Shown here: positions 63,629 to 64,000 of the stretch, in pieces
Layout: every line of letters starts with the position of its first letter
Numbering within the stretch: position 1 is the stretch's first letter
Program-made: the position numbers and the translations under genes
The notes under the pieces: generated by a model
Databases searched by the model: none
Told to the model about the DNA's origin: nothing
What the model saw: only the letters and a program-made list of their open reading frames with translations
From: Octopus vulgaris
Taxonomy: Eukaryota
Length of the DNA: 64,000 nucleotides
NCBI GenBank assembly: GCA_951406725.2
Contig: OX597819.1
Span: 83,514,001 to 83,578,000, forward strand
Reading direction: 5' to 3'

Positions 63629-64000
63629 GTAAGTTTAATATAGTTTTCTTCCTTGTTCTCTGAGAAAAAATAAATTTATTTCCAAGATAAGAAACCATGA
63701 TGATTCTCTGAAAAAGTAATGCAAGAAGGGGAGAAATAGAGGGAGAAGTTGGTGGGCTGACTGTAAGAACATTTTCATGTGATAAAAATGAATCCAGGAG
63801 TTTCTGAGGCTGATGGTCAATGAAAATGGTAAAAAAAGAAAAAGTAGTAAAGTAAATTACAATTATATATTTTTCAAAGAAAGTATTACTAGAATGGTGA
63901 GGTTAAAAATAATTTCAGAACATTAGCTAAATGTTGTGTAAGTCTACCAAATTTAATTTATTAGAGAAGTTCAAGAGTTTTACTTGAAAAATATTTGAAA

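Overview
AT-rich animal genomic DNA, most likely an octopus judging from the SINE, RTE and MITE repertoire (this is inference). The whole window lies inside one + strand gene, a class I unconventional myosin of the MYO1C/Myo61F type. I reconstructed 20 GT-AG exons (1140-63628; 2046 nt, 682 codons) in a continuous frame, running from switch I through the converter and IQ motifs into the start of the tail. The P-loop exons lie upstream of the window and most of TH1 lies downstream. Introns are filled with tRNA-headed SINEs, RTE and CR1/L2-type LINE fragments, and hAT-, piggyBac-, pogo- and Merlin-like MITEs. Three things stand out. (1) A 507-bp TSD-flanked palindromic element (62514-63020) made of two head-to-head tRNA-SINE units, each ending in a decayed Penelope-type minimal hammerhead motif, with a one-sided 34-nt tail; this is a candidate Penelope-mobilised SINE. 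(2) An ~11-kb CpG-retaining domain inside the 16.8-kb intron 15, just upstream of the neck/tail exons. (3) Several long foldbacks and inverted repeat pairs bracketing exons, which could form dsRNA. All calls are by eye; repeat boundaries are approximate unless a TSD is cited.
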